Of a stretch of DNA of 64,000 nt, positions 32,843 to 42,489 are shown in pieces. The stretch covers positions 992,001 to 1,056,000 of the forward strand of contig CAXXIA010000001.1 in the NCBI GenBank assembly GCA_963666985.2, written 5' to 3'. The notes beneath the pieces were generated by a model. The model saw only the letters and a list, made by a program, of their open reading frames with translations. It did no database searches and was not told the origin of the DNA. Positions within the stretch are counted from its first letter, which is position 1. Each line of letters begins with the position of its first letter. This stretch comes from Spirochaetia bacterium. GTDB lineage: Bacteria; Spirochaetota; Spirochaetia; DSM-2461. Position numbers and translations under genes: made by a program.

Positions 32843-33906
32843 AAGGTTCAAGGCTGACATTCGAAGAAATAACTTTTCGGCGTGGATCCTTTCGTTTGGA
32901 AGCGAATACCTATTTCAATGAAGGAAAATTCACTGTGGTACTCGGTCCGAGCGGAAGCGGCAAAACCACCATGCTCGATCTTGCCGCGGGGTTTCTTCTT
33001 CCGAGCGGCGGCAGAATATTGGAAGGCGAAAGGGATGTAACCCGTCTGCCGCCGGAGCGGAGATCCGTCGGGGTTGTTTTTCAAGATTATGCCCTTTTTC
33101 CCCATCTGAACGTCAGAGGCAACATCGCCTACGGACCGAAAGCCCGCGGTTTATCCCGCCGGGAGGCCGCCGCCGTCGCAAACCGTTTTATGGAAATGAC
33201 GCATCTTGCGCATCTGGCAGAAAGGAATCCGTCTTCACTTTCCGGAGGCGAACGGCAAAGAGTCGCGCTGGCGCGAGCTCTGGCGATAGAACCGGATATT
33301 CTTCTCCTCGATGAACCGTTCAGTTCTCTCGACGCCTCCCTCAGGGTTTCGCTGAGGCGTGATGTAAAGCGGATTCAGGAAGAAACGGGCGTAACATCGA
33401 TTTTAGTAACGCACGATCAGGACGAGGCCCTTTCTCTCGCCGATGATTTGGCCATTATGAACAACGGACGCATTATCCAGCAATCAGCACCGAGTGAGTT
33501 GTGGAAGAATCCCAAGGACCTTTTTACGGCTCAGTTTTTGGGAAGAACCTCCAGGCTTTCGGTGAAACGATACGAAATCAATGAGAACCGAACTCTCATG
33601 GCCCATACCGCCGCCGGACCGATCCCCGTACCCGCCGATATCGATCCGCCGCCGCCGCCCGCGACGGTGATTTTTCGGCCCGAAGACCTAATCCGCGATG
33701 AAAAAGGTGATCTGACGGCAATCCTTGAACGATGTGAATATGCGGGAGGAAGTTGGAAGGGGCATCTTGTACCGAGGGAAGCTCATCCGGGCGATGTTTT
33801 GGAAATCGACTTTCCAAGAGCCGATAATCCTCCGCCGGTTAAAAAATCAATCAAACTGCGGCTTTCCCGCGGCGCGGTAAGAATACTCCCCGGGACTTGG
33901 ACCTGA
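32839..33906 (+). CDS. thiQ: Thiamine ABC transporter ATP-binding protein
   Basis: GPSGSGKTT, LSGGERQR, LLLDEPF, VTHD; ATGA overlap with thiP. Confidence 0.88.
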   Translation: MKGSRLTFEEITFRRGSFRLEANTYFNEGKFTVVLGPSGSGKTTMLDLAAGFLLPSGGRILEGERDVTRLPPERRSVGVVFQDYALFPHLNVRGNIAYGPKARGLSRREAAAVANRFMEMTHLAHLAERNPSSLSGGERQRVALARALAIEPDILLLDEPFSSLDASLRVSLRRDVKRIQEETGVTSILVTHDQDEALSLADDLAIMNNGRIIQQSAPSELWKNPKDLFTAQFLGRTSRLSVKRYEINENRTLMAHTAAGPIPVPADIDPPPPPATVIFRPEDLIRDEKGDLTAILERCEYAGGSWKGHLVPREAHPGDVLEIDFPRADNPPPVKKSIKLRLSRGAVRILPGTWT

Positions 33907-34027
33907 TGCAGCCGGTCTTTTCGCAGGTTTCTCGTGAGTGTTCCTACTTAAGGCGGAATTCGGGAACGGATGGACAGCGGGCCGTTTTTTTCAGCAGCCC
34001 GCCGCTCTCGAAAAATGCGGCTTTTCT

Positions 34028-34465
34028 CTATTCCTTGATCGCGTCACTGGCCGTTTGAGCTCTATCGGGAGAATCATACACATCAAGCTTTTCATCCGGA
34101 ACCCATCCGAGCGAATCGTCGTCGGGATTATTAACCCCAAGCCAATAGGTTCTTCCGTCTTTCTCCCCGACTTTCGAAATGACTTCCACGATATCGCCCT
34201 TGCGCAGAATCCCTCCGACATCGGATTTCGAATCGGGTTCGATCATAATCCGGACATATGTCGTATTGGCTACGGCCCATCGGGATTCGGCCGTTAAAAC
34301 CGGCGTGGGCGGCGGTTCCAAATCGGCGGGCGGCTCCTGCTTCGCGCAGGAGAAGACGGATAGAGCCATAAGAATCGAAAGCAGAGCAAAAGAAACCGCC
34401 GACAATCCTACGGAAAAAAACGAAAAAATCCCCTGAGCCGAACCGGAAGAATAAACGGATTTCAC
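34028..34465 (-). CDS. SH3b-like domain lipoprotein
   Basis: VFS-C lipobox-like site; VRIMIEPD..LRKGDIVEV..W....GWV SH3b pattern. Confidence 0.7.
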   Translation of the reverse strand: MKSVYSSGSAQGIFSFFSVGLSAVSFALLSILMALSVFSCAKQEPPADLEPPPTPVLTAESRWAVANTTYVRIMIEPDSKSDVGGILRKGDIVEVISKVGEKDGRTYWLGVNNPDDDSLGWVPDEKLDVYDSPDRAQTASDAIKE

Positions 34466-36456
34466 GCTTCGCCCCCTTGAAGCCTGCGAATCTCATCCCT
34501 GAGCACGGCGGCCTCTTCATATTCCATGTTTTTCGCCCGCTCCAGCATTTCATTCTCCAGAGCCTTAATCAAACTCTTTTTCTGTTTCGGATCAAGCAGA
34601 TTGGAGGATTTCTTCATCACCTCGATGCTCATCTTCTCCGCGGCCCGCTTTTCGTCCCCTCTTCGAACCAGAATGTCCTTGATTTCTTTTTGTATCGATT
34701 CGGGTGTAATCCCATGCTCTTTATTGTAGGCCGCCTGTATTTCCCGGCGCCTGTCGGTTTCGGCGATCGCGGATTTCATGGCATCGCTCATGCCGTCGGC
34801 ATACATAATCACTTGTCCTGAAACATGCCGCGCCGTTCTTCCTATGGTCTGAATCAGACTGGTTTCGCTTCGGAGAAAACCGATCTTATCGGCATCCATG
34901 ATGGCCGTCAGAGAAACTTCCGGAATGTCGAGTCCTTCCCTAAGAAGATTGATTCCGACAAGAACGTCAAATTCGCCCTTCCTCAAATCCCGGATAATCT
35001 CAACCCGTTCAATCGTCTCGACTTCACTGTGCAGATAACGCGTGCGGATTCCCAGCCCCATGAAATAATCGGTTAAGTCCTCGGCCATCTTTTTGGTCAG
35101 AGTCGTTACCAGAATCCGTTCGTTCTTCTCAATCCTGCCGCGGATTTCCGCGTACAGATCTTCAATTTGGCCCTCCGTGGGACGAACGTCGATCGGCGGA
35201 TCAAGAAGTCCCGTGGGACGTATCAGCTGCTCCACAATAGCCTTGGATTTCTTCTTCTCTTCCTTTCCGGGAGTGGCCGACACATACACCACCCGATCCA
35301 TCCGACTTTCGAACTCATCGTAGACAAGCGGACGATTATCCAAAGCCGACGGCAGACGAAATCCGTAATTCACCAGATTCAATTTTCGCGAACGGTCGCC
35401 CTCATACATGGCCCTCACTTGAGAAAGCGTTACGTGGGATTCGTCCACCACCGTCAGAAACTTCTCGGGAAAATAATCCAGCAGCACCTCGGGGCGCTCT
35501 CCTGCCTGCCTTCCGGTTAAATGCCGGCTGTAGTTCTCGATTCCCGGGCAATATCCCATTTCGGAAAGCATCTCAATATCGTACTCGGTCCGCGTTTTCA
35601 AACGCTGCGCTTCGACGATTTTCCCGGCGGCTTCCAGTGATTCCAGCTGATCCTCAAGCTCTTCCCGGATCGTTCCGCAGGCCGTTCGAACTCTCTCTTC
35701 GGGCATAACGAAATGTTTCGCCGCGTAAATCGTCGTGGTTTCCAAGCGCTCCAGCACCTCTCCGGTCAGCGCGTGAATTCTGTCGATGGACTCCACCGTA
35801 TCGAAATCCAAACTGATTCTGTACGCGATGTCCGTGTAATAGGCCGGATAGATTTCCATGACATCGCCGCGGATGCGGAATTTTCCTCTTTCCAGAATCG
35901 CGTCGTTTCTCTGGTACTGCATGCCGATGAGTTCCATGCGCATCGCATGCATATCAACCTCATCTCCGAGGGTGATGCGCAGCTTCATATCCTTATAGGT
36001 CTCGGTGCTGCCCAAGCCATAAATGCAGGAAACCGTGGCCACGATAATCACGTCCCGCCGTTCCATCAGACTCATCGTGGCTGAAAGACGCATTCTTTCA
36101 ATCTCGTCGTTGATGCTCGAATCCTTCTCAATGTACAAATCCCGGGAAGGCACGTAAGCCTCCGGCTGATAGTAATCGAAGTAGGATACGAAATACTCCA
36201 CGGCGTTGTTCGGAAAAAACTCCTTGAACTCCCGATAAAGCTGGGCCGCGAGGGTTTTGTTATGGCTGATCACCAAAGCCGGGAGCTGAACTCGTTCAAT
36301 AACCTTGGCCATGGTGTAGGTTTTGCCCGACCCTGTAACGCCGAGAAGCGTCTGATAGGGCAAGCCTTGTTCGATGCCGCGGGAAAGGGCCTCGATGGCC
36401 GCCGGCTGATCTCCCGCGGGCTCATACGGAGCGGAAACCTCGAACTTTCGAATCAT
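34462..36456 (-). CDS. uvrB: Excinuclease ABC subunit B
   Basis: PAGDQP, LGVTGSGKT, HNKTLAAQLY, YYQPEAY, INLLREGLD, C-terminal UVR domain. Confidence 0.98.
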   Translation of the reverse strand: MIRKFEVSAPYEPAGDQPAAIEALSRGIEQGLPYQTLLGVTGSGKTYTMAKVIERVQLPALVISHNKTLAAQLYREFKEFFPNNAVEYFVSYFDYYQPEAYVPSRDLYIEKDSSINDEIERMRLSATMSLMERRDVIIVATVSCIYGLGSTETYKDMKLRITLGDEVDMHAMRMELIGMQYQRNDAILERGKFRIRGDVMEIYPAYYTDIAYRISLDFDTVESIDRIHALTGEVLERLETTTIYAAKHFVMPEERVRTACGTIREELEDQLESLEAAGKIVEAQRLKTRTEYDIEMLSEMGYCPGIENYSRHLTGRQAGERPEVLLDYFPEKFLTVVDESHVTLSQVRAMYEGDRSRKLNLVNYGFRLPSALDNRPLVYDEFESRMDRVVYVSATPGKEEKKKSKAIVEQLIRPTGLLDPPIDVRPTEGQIEDLYAEIRGRIEKNERILVTTLTKKMAEDLTDYFMGLGIRTRYLHSEVETIERVEIIRDLRKGEFDVLVGINLLREGLDIPEVSLTAIMDADKIGFLRSETSLIQTIGRTARHVSGQVIMYADGMSDAMKSAIAETDRRREIQAAYNKEHGITPESIQKEIKDILVRRGDEKRAAEKMSIEVMKKSSNLLDPKQKKSLIKALENEMLERAKNMEYEEAAVLRDEIRRLQGGEA

Positions 36457-37691
36457 TGATTCCCGCCGGGCCGCTCGGTTAAAACAAGTTCCACATCCAG
36501 AGTTCTTTTGCCCCGAACCAATGTCACCTGCGCAGTATCTCCCGGACGGCTACGTTCAAGAGCGGCATAAAAATCTCCCAGAGAAGCCACCGGTTCCCCG
36601 TCGATGCCCACGATGATGTCGCCGCCGAGATAAATAAGCGTGTTTCCGCTGCGCACGGCGAGATTTTCTTTGCCGCCCCTGATGCCCGCCTTATCCGCGT
36701 TGCCTCCCTCCGTGACACGGGAAACCAAGACTCCTTGAGAAACAGGCAGTTCCGCATAGCGCACAAGCGAGGGAAACAGCTGAACCGGTTCGATATCGAT
36801 CCAGCCCCTCTGTACGATGCCGTAGCGAATCAAATCGGGTACAACACGTCTCGCCGTATCCACAGGAACGGCGAAACCGATGCCCACCGAGCCGCCCGAC
36901 GGGGTGTAAATCATCGTATTCACGCCGATCAGTTCACCCTTTGAATTCAGAAGCGGACCGCCCGAGTTCCCCGGATTAATGGACGCGTCGGTCTGAATCA
37001 AATCCCGGATGACAATGCCCTTATCGTTCCGCAAGGGCCGTCCGATTCCGGAAATAATCCCTGTTGTCAGTGTTCGTTCGAAGGCGAAAGGATTGCCTAT
37101 AGCCAGCACCTTTTGTCCCACTCGTAAATGATCCGAGACACCGAAGGGGATGGTTCTTAAAGGATGGCCGCCGGGTTCAAACTTGATAACGGCCAGATCG
37201 TTTTCCTGGTCCGAACCGATGACATTGCCTTCAAACTCGGTTCCATCGGCGAGAGTCACATTCACCTTGTAGGCTTTTTCAACCACATGATTGTTCGTCA
37301 GAACATAGCCTCGGCTGTCGATGATGGAACCCGAACCCGAGGAGCCCACCTGCGGTACGGGTTCGAAAAACCAGTTATATCCGACAACCTCCGTTGTGAT
37401 GTTCACAACGGCCTCGTTGTATCGCTCATAGACGGTTATGTTTTCCAGTTCATCGGGACTGAACTCTTCCGAGGAAGGGATTTCGGGAACATTGGGGAGT
37501 GTCGCCGGCTCATATTTAAATTCGGCGAACTCCGCCGTTTCAACCGTTTCGTGATCCGCCGGTATATCGGCCCTCTGCGTACGGGTTTTCGTGTTGAAAT
37601 CGATCACGCCGAAACCCATCAGAAATATCAAAACGGTCAGACATATCGTTAAGACAGGCAGAACAAAACGTCTTGGATCATTGCGTCTCAT
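36453..37691 (-). CDS. htrA: HtrA-like trypsin serine protease with PDZ domain
   Basis: TNNHVV, DLAVIK, QTDASINPGNSGG, C-terminal PDZ; N-terminal TM anchor. Confidence 0.9.
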   Translation of the reverse strand: MRRNDPRRFVLPVLTICLTVLIFLMGFGVIDFNTKTRTQRADIPADHETVETAEFAEFKYEPATLPNVPEIPSSEEFSPDELENITVYERYNEAVVNITTEVVGYNWFFEPVPQVGSSGSGSIIDSRGYVLTNNHVVEKAYKVNVTLADGTEFEGNVIGSDQENDLAVIKFEPGGHPLRTIPFGVSDHLRVGQKVLAIGNPFAFERTLTTGIISGIGRPLRNDKGIVIRDLIQTDASINPGNSGGPLLNSKGELIGVNTMIYTPSGGSVGIGFAVPVDTARRVVPDLIRYGIVQRGWIDIEPVQLFPSLVRYAELPVSQGVLVSRVTEGGNADKAGIRGGKENLAVRSGNTLIYLGGDIIVGIDGEPVASLGDFYAALERSRPGDTAQVTLVRGKRTLDVELVLTERPGGNQ

Positions 37692-37707
37692 ATATCCAGT
37701 ATAAATT

Positions 37708-38307
37708 TCACTTCCCTAATGAGGAAGCTCCCTCAAAGCAAAGCGGACGAATCTCCGCCGTTTTCATTCCGTCGATCCTCCGATGGTTTTCCGCTCCCAG
37801 CCCCGCCGCATGCGCAAGGAGGATATTTAAAGGATCCCCATGCGAAACAAGAAGAACGGCATCAGGACCATCCGACGCCTCGATTCTCTCCAAAACTTCC
37901 AGAACTCTTTTAAGAACATCCGAAGGGCTCTCGACACCGCCGTTCCGATTATCCGGATTCCGTTCATCCGAAACCCAGACTTCCCTGTAGGAATCATCCC
38001 GTACGCCGTCCCATTTCCCGAAAAAACGTTCTCGAAGTCCCTCTTCGATTCGAACGGGAGACATCTTCAGCAGCTTTGAGACGATTTGAGCCGTTTCACG
38101 GGCTCTTAAAAAAGGAGAAGAGACGATCGTGAGTTCTTTCGGCAGTCCGGAGGAAGCAACCGAATCGGAAATCTGTTTTTGAGAGCCTTCGGCAAGCCCC
38201 CAATGTTCCGAGCCTTGATTAAGGCTGCTGACGATAAGCTCCGCCTCGTTGGCTAAAGAGCGGCCGTGCCGCATAACATAGAACTTTTTTTTCATTTTAC
38301 TCTGCAC
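37708..38307 (-). CDS. Histidine phosphatase family protein
   Basis: RHG, SSPFLRARETA, LRERFFG, GVES, VSHG. Confidence 0.9.
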   Translation of the reverse strand: MQSKMKKKFYVMRHGRSLANEAELIVSSLNQGSEHWGLAEGSQKQISDSVASSGLPKELTIVSSPFLRARETAQIVSKLLKMSPVRIEEGLRERFFGKWDGVRDDSYREVWVSDERNPDNRNGGVESPSDVLKRVLEVLERIEASDGPDAVLLVSHGDPLNILLAHAAGLGAENHRRIDGMKTAEIRPLCFEGASSLGK

Positions 38308-38362
38308 GAATCGGATTATAGCGAGAGTTCAAGGGTCGGCGGAACCACTCTCTAAAGAGATG

Positions 38363-40085
38363 GGGGCTGTCTCATAAGAGGCGGCCCTTTTTCATGTCTG
38401 GAAGAATTCCCTTCTGAATTCAAGGGTGGTAGAATTCTTCATGGACACTAAAAAGAAGGCTACATTCAAAGATTACGAAATCAGCCAACAGATGCTCCTG
38501 CCTCCAAGTCTCGATGAACTGCTTCCCGCAAACCATATATCCCGCACAATCAACAACTTCATCGACACGATGGATACCAGTGAGCTCTTCAACGCCTATC
38601 CGGGAGGCGGTGCCAGCAGCTACCACCCGGTGATGATGCTGAAGGTTCTGGTGTTGGCCTACTCGAAACAGCTGTATTCCTGTCGTCAAATCGCAGACGC
38701 TCTTCGTGAGCAGATATGCTTCATGTGGATCAGTGGTAATAACCGTCCTGATTTCCACACGATAAACAGATTTCGTAACGGTCCATTGAAGAAGAGCATC
38801 GAGAAAATCTTTGCCTCAATGGCCAACAGCCTCATCGAGAGCGGACATGTCCAGATGGAGAACTACTTTCTCGACGGCACAAAAATCGAATCAGCAGCTA
38901 ACAAATACACATGGGTATGGGGCCGGGCGACAGACAAGTTCCAGAAGCGCCTGGCCGGCAATATGGATGAGCTTTTCGAATACATCGACCGCATCAATGA
39001 AGAAGAGGATGAGAAGTACGGCGACCATGACCTTCCCCATGTGGATCCTCAAGGCAGGCCGATGTCGGAGATTCTCGAAGATGCGGTATCCAAGCTCAAT
39101 GAAGAGCTGCGCAAGGATCGGGAGGAGCGAGAAAAGAAGGAGATTCAACGGAGATTGAATACCGCTAGCAAGGACTATCTCCCTCGTGCCAAAAAGTATG
39201 AGCAGCAGAAGAGAATCCTCGGCGACCGAAATAGTTACTCGAAAACAGACTATGATGCGACTTTCATGCGGATGAAAGAAGACTATATGAAAAATGGTCA
39301 GCTCAAGCCCGGGTACAACATCCAAATGGGTACTGAGAACCAGTTCATCCTCGGATATAGCATCCACCAGAGTCCCGGTGACTCCCTGACATTGCCGCTA
39401 CATATGGAGAAACTGAAAAAGAATCTGAAACGCTATCCGAAAAGAATCATTGCTGATTCAGGATATGGTAGTGAAGAGAACTACCAGTGGTGTGAGGATC
39501 ATGGTGTCGAGAAGTACATCAAGTTCAGCTACTTCCACAGGGAGCGGAAACGGAAGTTCAAGAAGCAGATTCATATGAAAGAGAACTGGGACTATCGTGC
39601 CTCTGATGATACATACCGGTGCCCCAAGGGTCGCCGATTCAAACACGAGGAGACCAGAATCTCGAAAACAGGTTCAGGATTTCCGACCACTGAAAAAAGG
39701 TATACAGGCCCTGGATGCCAAAGGTGTTCTCTCCGAATCCGGTGCTGCAAATACGGAGGCAAAGAGCGCATCCTGACGGTTCGTCCAAACCTGGAACGGC
39801 ATAAGTCTGAAGTGCGCAAGTTGCTGACTTCAGAGGAAGGACTGAGAATGCGCTCTCTCAGGCCGATTGAAGTCGAATCTGTATTCGGAGATATCAAGAC
39901 GAATATGGGATTTCGGAGATTCCGAACCAGGGGATTGAAGATGGTCAGTACTGAATGGGGACTGTTGAGTATGGCTCATAACATGAGGAAGCTACAGAAA
40001 CGATAAGGGGATGGGAGGGAACCTCCCGTCTTCGGAGGTCAACCAAATTTTAAAAGGGGCTGTCTCAAACTAATGAGACAGCCCC
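38363..40085 (+). mobile_element. IS1182-family insertion sequence (about 1.72 kb)
   Basis: Terminal inverted repeats GGGGCTGTCTCATAAG (38363-78) and CTAATGAGACAGCCCC (40070-85), 15/16 match, flanking one transposase; no obvious target duplication. Confidence 0.88.
38441..40006 (+). CDS. IS1182-family DDE transposase
   Basis: YHPVMMLK, PDFHTINRFR, LDGTKIES, SKTDYDATFMRMK, KPGYNIQ, ADSGYGSEENY, R.IEVESVFG.IK, AHNMRK; frame intact. Confidence 0.95.
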   Translation: MDTKKKATFKDYEISQQMLLPPSLDELLPANHISRTINNFIDTMDTSELFNAYPGGGASSYHPVMMLKVLVLAYSKQLYSCRQIADALREQICFMWISGNNRPDFHTINRFRNGPLKKSIEKIFASMANSLIESGHVQMENYFLDGTKIESAANKYTWVWGRATDKFQKRLAGNMDELFEYIDRINEEEDEKYGDHDLPHVDPQGRPMSEILEDAVSKLNEELRKDREEREKKEIQRRLNTASKDYLPRAKKYEQQKRILGDRNSYSKTDYDATFMRMKEDYMKNGQLKPGYNIQMGTENQFILGYSIHQSPGDSLTLPLHMEKLKKNLKRYPKRIIADSGYGSEENYQWCEDHGVEKYIKFSYFHRERKRKFKKQIHMKENWDYRASDDTYRCPKGRRFKHEETRISKTGSGFPTTEKRYTGPGCQRCSLRIRCCKYGGKERILTVRPNLERHKSEVRKLLTSEEGLRMRSLRPIEVESVFGDIKTNMGFRRFRTRGLKMVSTEWGLLSMAHNMRKLQKR

Positions 40086-40089
40086 TTTT
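40052..40089. terminator. Bidirectional terminator-like palindrome at the IS right end
   Basis: AAAAGGGGCTGTCTCA-aactaa-TGAGACAGCCCCTTTT, perfect 16-bp stem between convergent transposase and comM. Confidence 0.8.
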
Positions 40090-40093
40090 GCCG

Positions 40094-41629
40094 TTAAAGG
40101 GTCAGCCAGAACAAATCTCTTCCTCCGTAGCGCCTATGCTGTGCGGCTTCCAGGATATCTTCCTCCTTAATCATCGCCCTTCCGGCCATATCGGCCAGAG
40201 TTCTTGCGACACGGAGAACCCCATGAGCCGCACGGGAAGAGAGTCCCAGCATCCTCACCGCACGCGTGAACGTTTCGGCGGGAACCTTATCCAAAGGGGC
40301 ATATCGCGAAAGTTCTCCCGCGGGAAGAGATGCGTTAAGCGACCAGCTTTCGGATTCATATCGCCGATACTGCGCTTCACGTGCTTTTTCGACCCGTTTT
40401 CGGATAACCTTCGATCGTTCTTGGGGTAAGGCAAGAAGCGTTTCCGGGGATACGGGCGTTATCGGAACACGGATATCGATTCTGTCCATCAAGGCGCCGC
40501 CGATTTTTCCCCAATAACGGCGAATCTCGGAGACCGAGCAGAAGCAGGAAGCATCTTCTTTTCCCAGATTTCCGCAGGGACAGGGATTCATAGCCATCAT
40601 TAAGAGAAATTCCGACGGGTACCACCATCTTTGATGGGCTCTTGCCAGATGCACTTTCCCCGATTCCAAAGGCTCTCTTAAGGATTGAAGAGCCCTGGAA
40701 ACGAATTCCGTAGCCTCGTCAAGAAACAAGATGCCGCCGTGAGCCAAAGAAACTTCTCCCGGCTTTTCGGCATTTCCTCCTCCGAGCAATCCTTCGAGGC
40801 TGGAGGAATGGTGAGGTTCGCGGAAAGGCGGACGGCGCATCAGACCGGTGCAATCGTCCGTCAGTCCGGCTTGCGACCAAATCCGGGTGACTTCGAGCGA
40901 TTTTTCAGGAATCAAGTCGGGCAGAATCCCGGGAAGGGTTCGGGCGCCCAAAGTTTTTCCGCTTCCCGGGGGTCCGAAAATCAAAAGATGGTGAGCGCCG
41001 CAGGCCGATATTTCCAAGGCTCTTTTTAAGATAGGCTGCCCTTTCAAGTCAGCCATATCCACTTCGCCTCCGTTTGCGGCCAATGTATTGGCCGACTCTT
41101 CGGCCCCGCCGGGAGAATCAGGCCACTCTCCTTCGAGCAAAGGAGTTAAATCTCCTATTTTACTTATCCCTACCGTCCGTCCTCCGGGAAGCGCCGCGGC
41201 CTCTTCTCTATTCGCTTTGGGAACGATAAATCGAGTCACACCGGCATTCAAAGCCGCCGCCGCGGCCGGAAGAATCCCGGATACGGATCTGACCGTTCCG
41301 TCTAGCTGAAGTTCACCGGCGCAAAGAACATCGTATTCGGCGGGATTCGGGATTTGAGAGGAAGCGGCCAAAATTCCCGCGGCGATGGGAAGATCATAAG
41401 AGGCCCCCACCTTTTTCAATCCGGCCGGCGCCAAGTTCACGAGGATTCTTTTTGCGGGGAACTCAAAACCGCTTCTCTGCAGGGCAATCCTGACTCTGTC
41501 TCCGGATTCCCGTACGGCACTATCCGGCAGACCCACGATGTCGAGTCCGGGGATACCCCTTCGAATATCCACTTCCACCGCGATAAGATGGCCGTTATAT
41601 CCGGATGCCGCATACGCAAAGATCTTCAT
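40094..41629 (-). CDS. comM: YifB/ComM Mg-chelatase-like AAA+ ATPase
   Basis: IVGLPDSAVRES, VNLAPA, GPPGSGKT, PFREPHH, GEVSLAHGG, MNPCPCG, VARTLAD. Confidence 0.93.
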   Translation of the reverse strand: MKIFAYAASGYNGHLIAVEVDIRRGIPGLDIVGLPDSAVRESGDRVRIALQRSGFEFPAKRILVNLAPAGLKKVGASYDLPIAAGILAASSQIPNPAEYDVLCAGELQLDGTVRSVSGILPAAAAALNAGVTRFIVPKANREEAAALPGGRTVGISKIGDLTPLLEGEWPDSPGGAEESANTLAANGGEVDMADLKGQPILKRALEISACGAHHLLIFGPPGSGKTLGARTLPGILPDLIPEKSLEVTRIWSQAGLTDDCTGLMRRPPFREPHHSSSLEGLLGGGNAEKPGEVSLAHGGILFLDEATEFVSRALQSLREPLESGKVHLARAHQRWWYPSEFLLMMAMNPCPCGNLGKEDASCFCSVSEIRRYWGKIGGALMDRIDIRVPITPVSPETLLALPQERSKVIRKRVEKAREAQYRRYESESWSLNASLPAGELSRYAPLDKVPAETFTRAVRMLGLSSRAAHGVLRVARTLADMAGRAMIKEEDILEAAQHRRYGGRDLFWLTL

Positions 41630-41724
41630 TGCATGCCTCCGGAGGATATAACCGCGCTATGAGGTGATTTCTTTTAAACGGCCCGAAGAATTACTTCCGT
41701 TTTCTTATTTGATCTTTTCATTTT

Positions 41725-42189
41725 TCAGCCGGCGAAGCGGGCTCTTTCAAGAGCGACAAGCGTATCGCAGCGTTCGTTCATCTCATTCCCGTCATGAGCC
41801 TTCACCCATCTCCATTCGATCGTGAAAGCATCACTGAGCTTCTTGAGTTCCACCCAGAGTTCTTTATTCTTAACCGGCTTTCCGGTTGATGTTTTCCAGC
41901 CTTTGGCAATCCAGCCGCGCATCCACTCGCTGATTCCCTTCTGAACATACTGTGAATCCGTATAGACGGTAATTCGGCTTTTTTCGAAAATATCCGTTTC
42001 CGCGACTTTCTCAAGCGCTTTGATGACGGCGGTGAGTTCCATGCGATTGTTTGTTGTGGAAGGATGACCACCGGACATCTCAAGCGTGCGGCCGTCCTGC
42101 ATTATCAGCACGGCCGCCCAACCGCCGGGTCCCGGATTTCCGGTACAGCCTCCGTCGGTGTATATATCTATCTTTATCATTTCCTGCAT
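41725..42189 (-). CDS. rnhA: Ribonuclease HI
   Basis: IYTDGGCTGNPGPGGW, TTNNRMEL, TDSQYV, VKNKELW, WVKAH, NERCD; start at 42189 or 42180. Confidence 0.95.
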   Translation of the reverse strand: MQEMIKIDIYTDGGCTGNPGPGGWAAVLIMQDGRTLEMSGGHPSTTNNRMELTAVIKALEKVAETDIFEKSRITVYTDSQYVQKGISEWMRGWIAKGWKTSTGKPVKNKELWVELKKLSDAFTIEWRWVKAHDGNEMNERCDTLVALERARFAG

Positions 42190-42198
42190 AATCACCTC

Positions 42199-42489
42199 AT
42201 GACCATAAAAAATCTTCTTGATGAATATAATCTTTCGGACGACGACATCCGATGGTCGCTTTCGAAAATAACGGCCGAACGCATCAGGCATCTTCTCGAG
42301 GAGGGCGATACCGAAGCTTTAATCGACCACATCTGGTCGGGCGGCTTGGGTGACGAACTCTACGACATGGAAGAGCGCTGGATGAGAGACCGTCATGACC
42401 GTTTCGAAAGGGGCATACTGGATGAGGGCCATATTCGCGACGAACTTTCGGAGTTTGTTCTGGACCGCATCAACCGCCCGCGGCGGTGA
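42199..42489 (+). CDS. Small acidic hypothetical protein
   Basis: MTIKNLLDEYNLSDDDIRW..IWSGGLGDELYDMEERW; fills the gap between rnhA and pgm on the opposite strand. Confidence 0.7.
   Translation: MTIKNLLDEYNLSDDDIRWSLSKITAERIRHLLEEGDTEALIDHIWSGGLGDELYDMEERWMRDRHDRFERGILDEGHIRDELSEFVLDRINRPRR

Noticed and set aside
33649..33661. (CCG)n run in thiQ as a phase-variable tract
   Set aside because: Short in-frame triplet run encoding a poly-proline linker.
40094..41629. comM disruption by a mobile element
   Set aside because: The reading frame is full length; the IS lies just beyond the stop codon.
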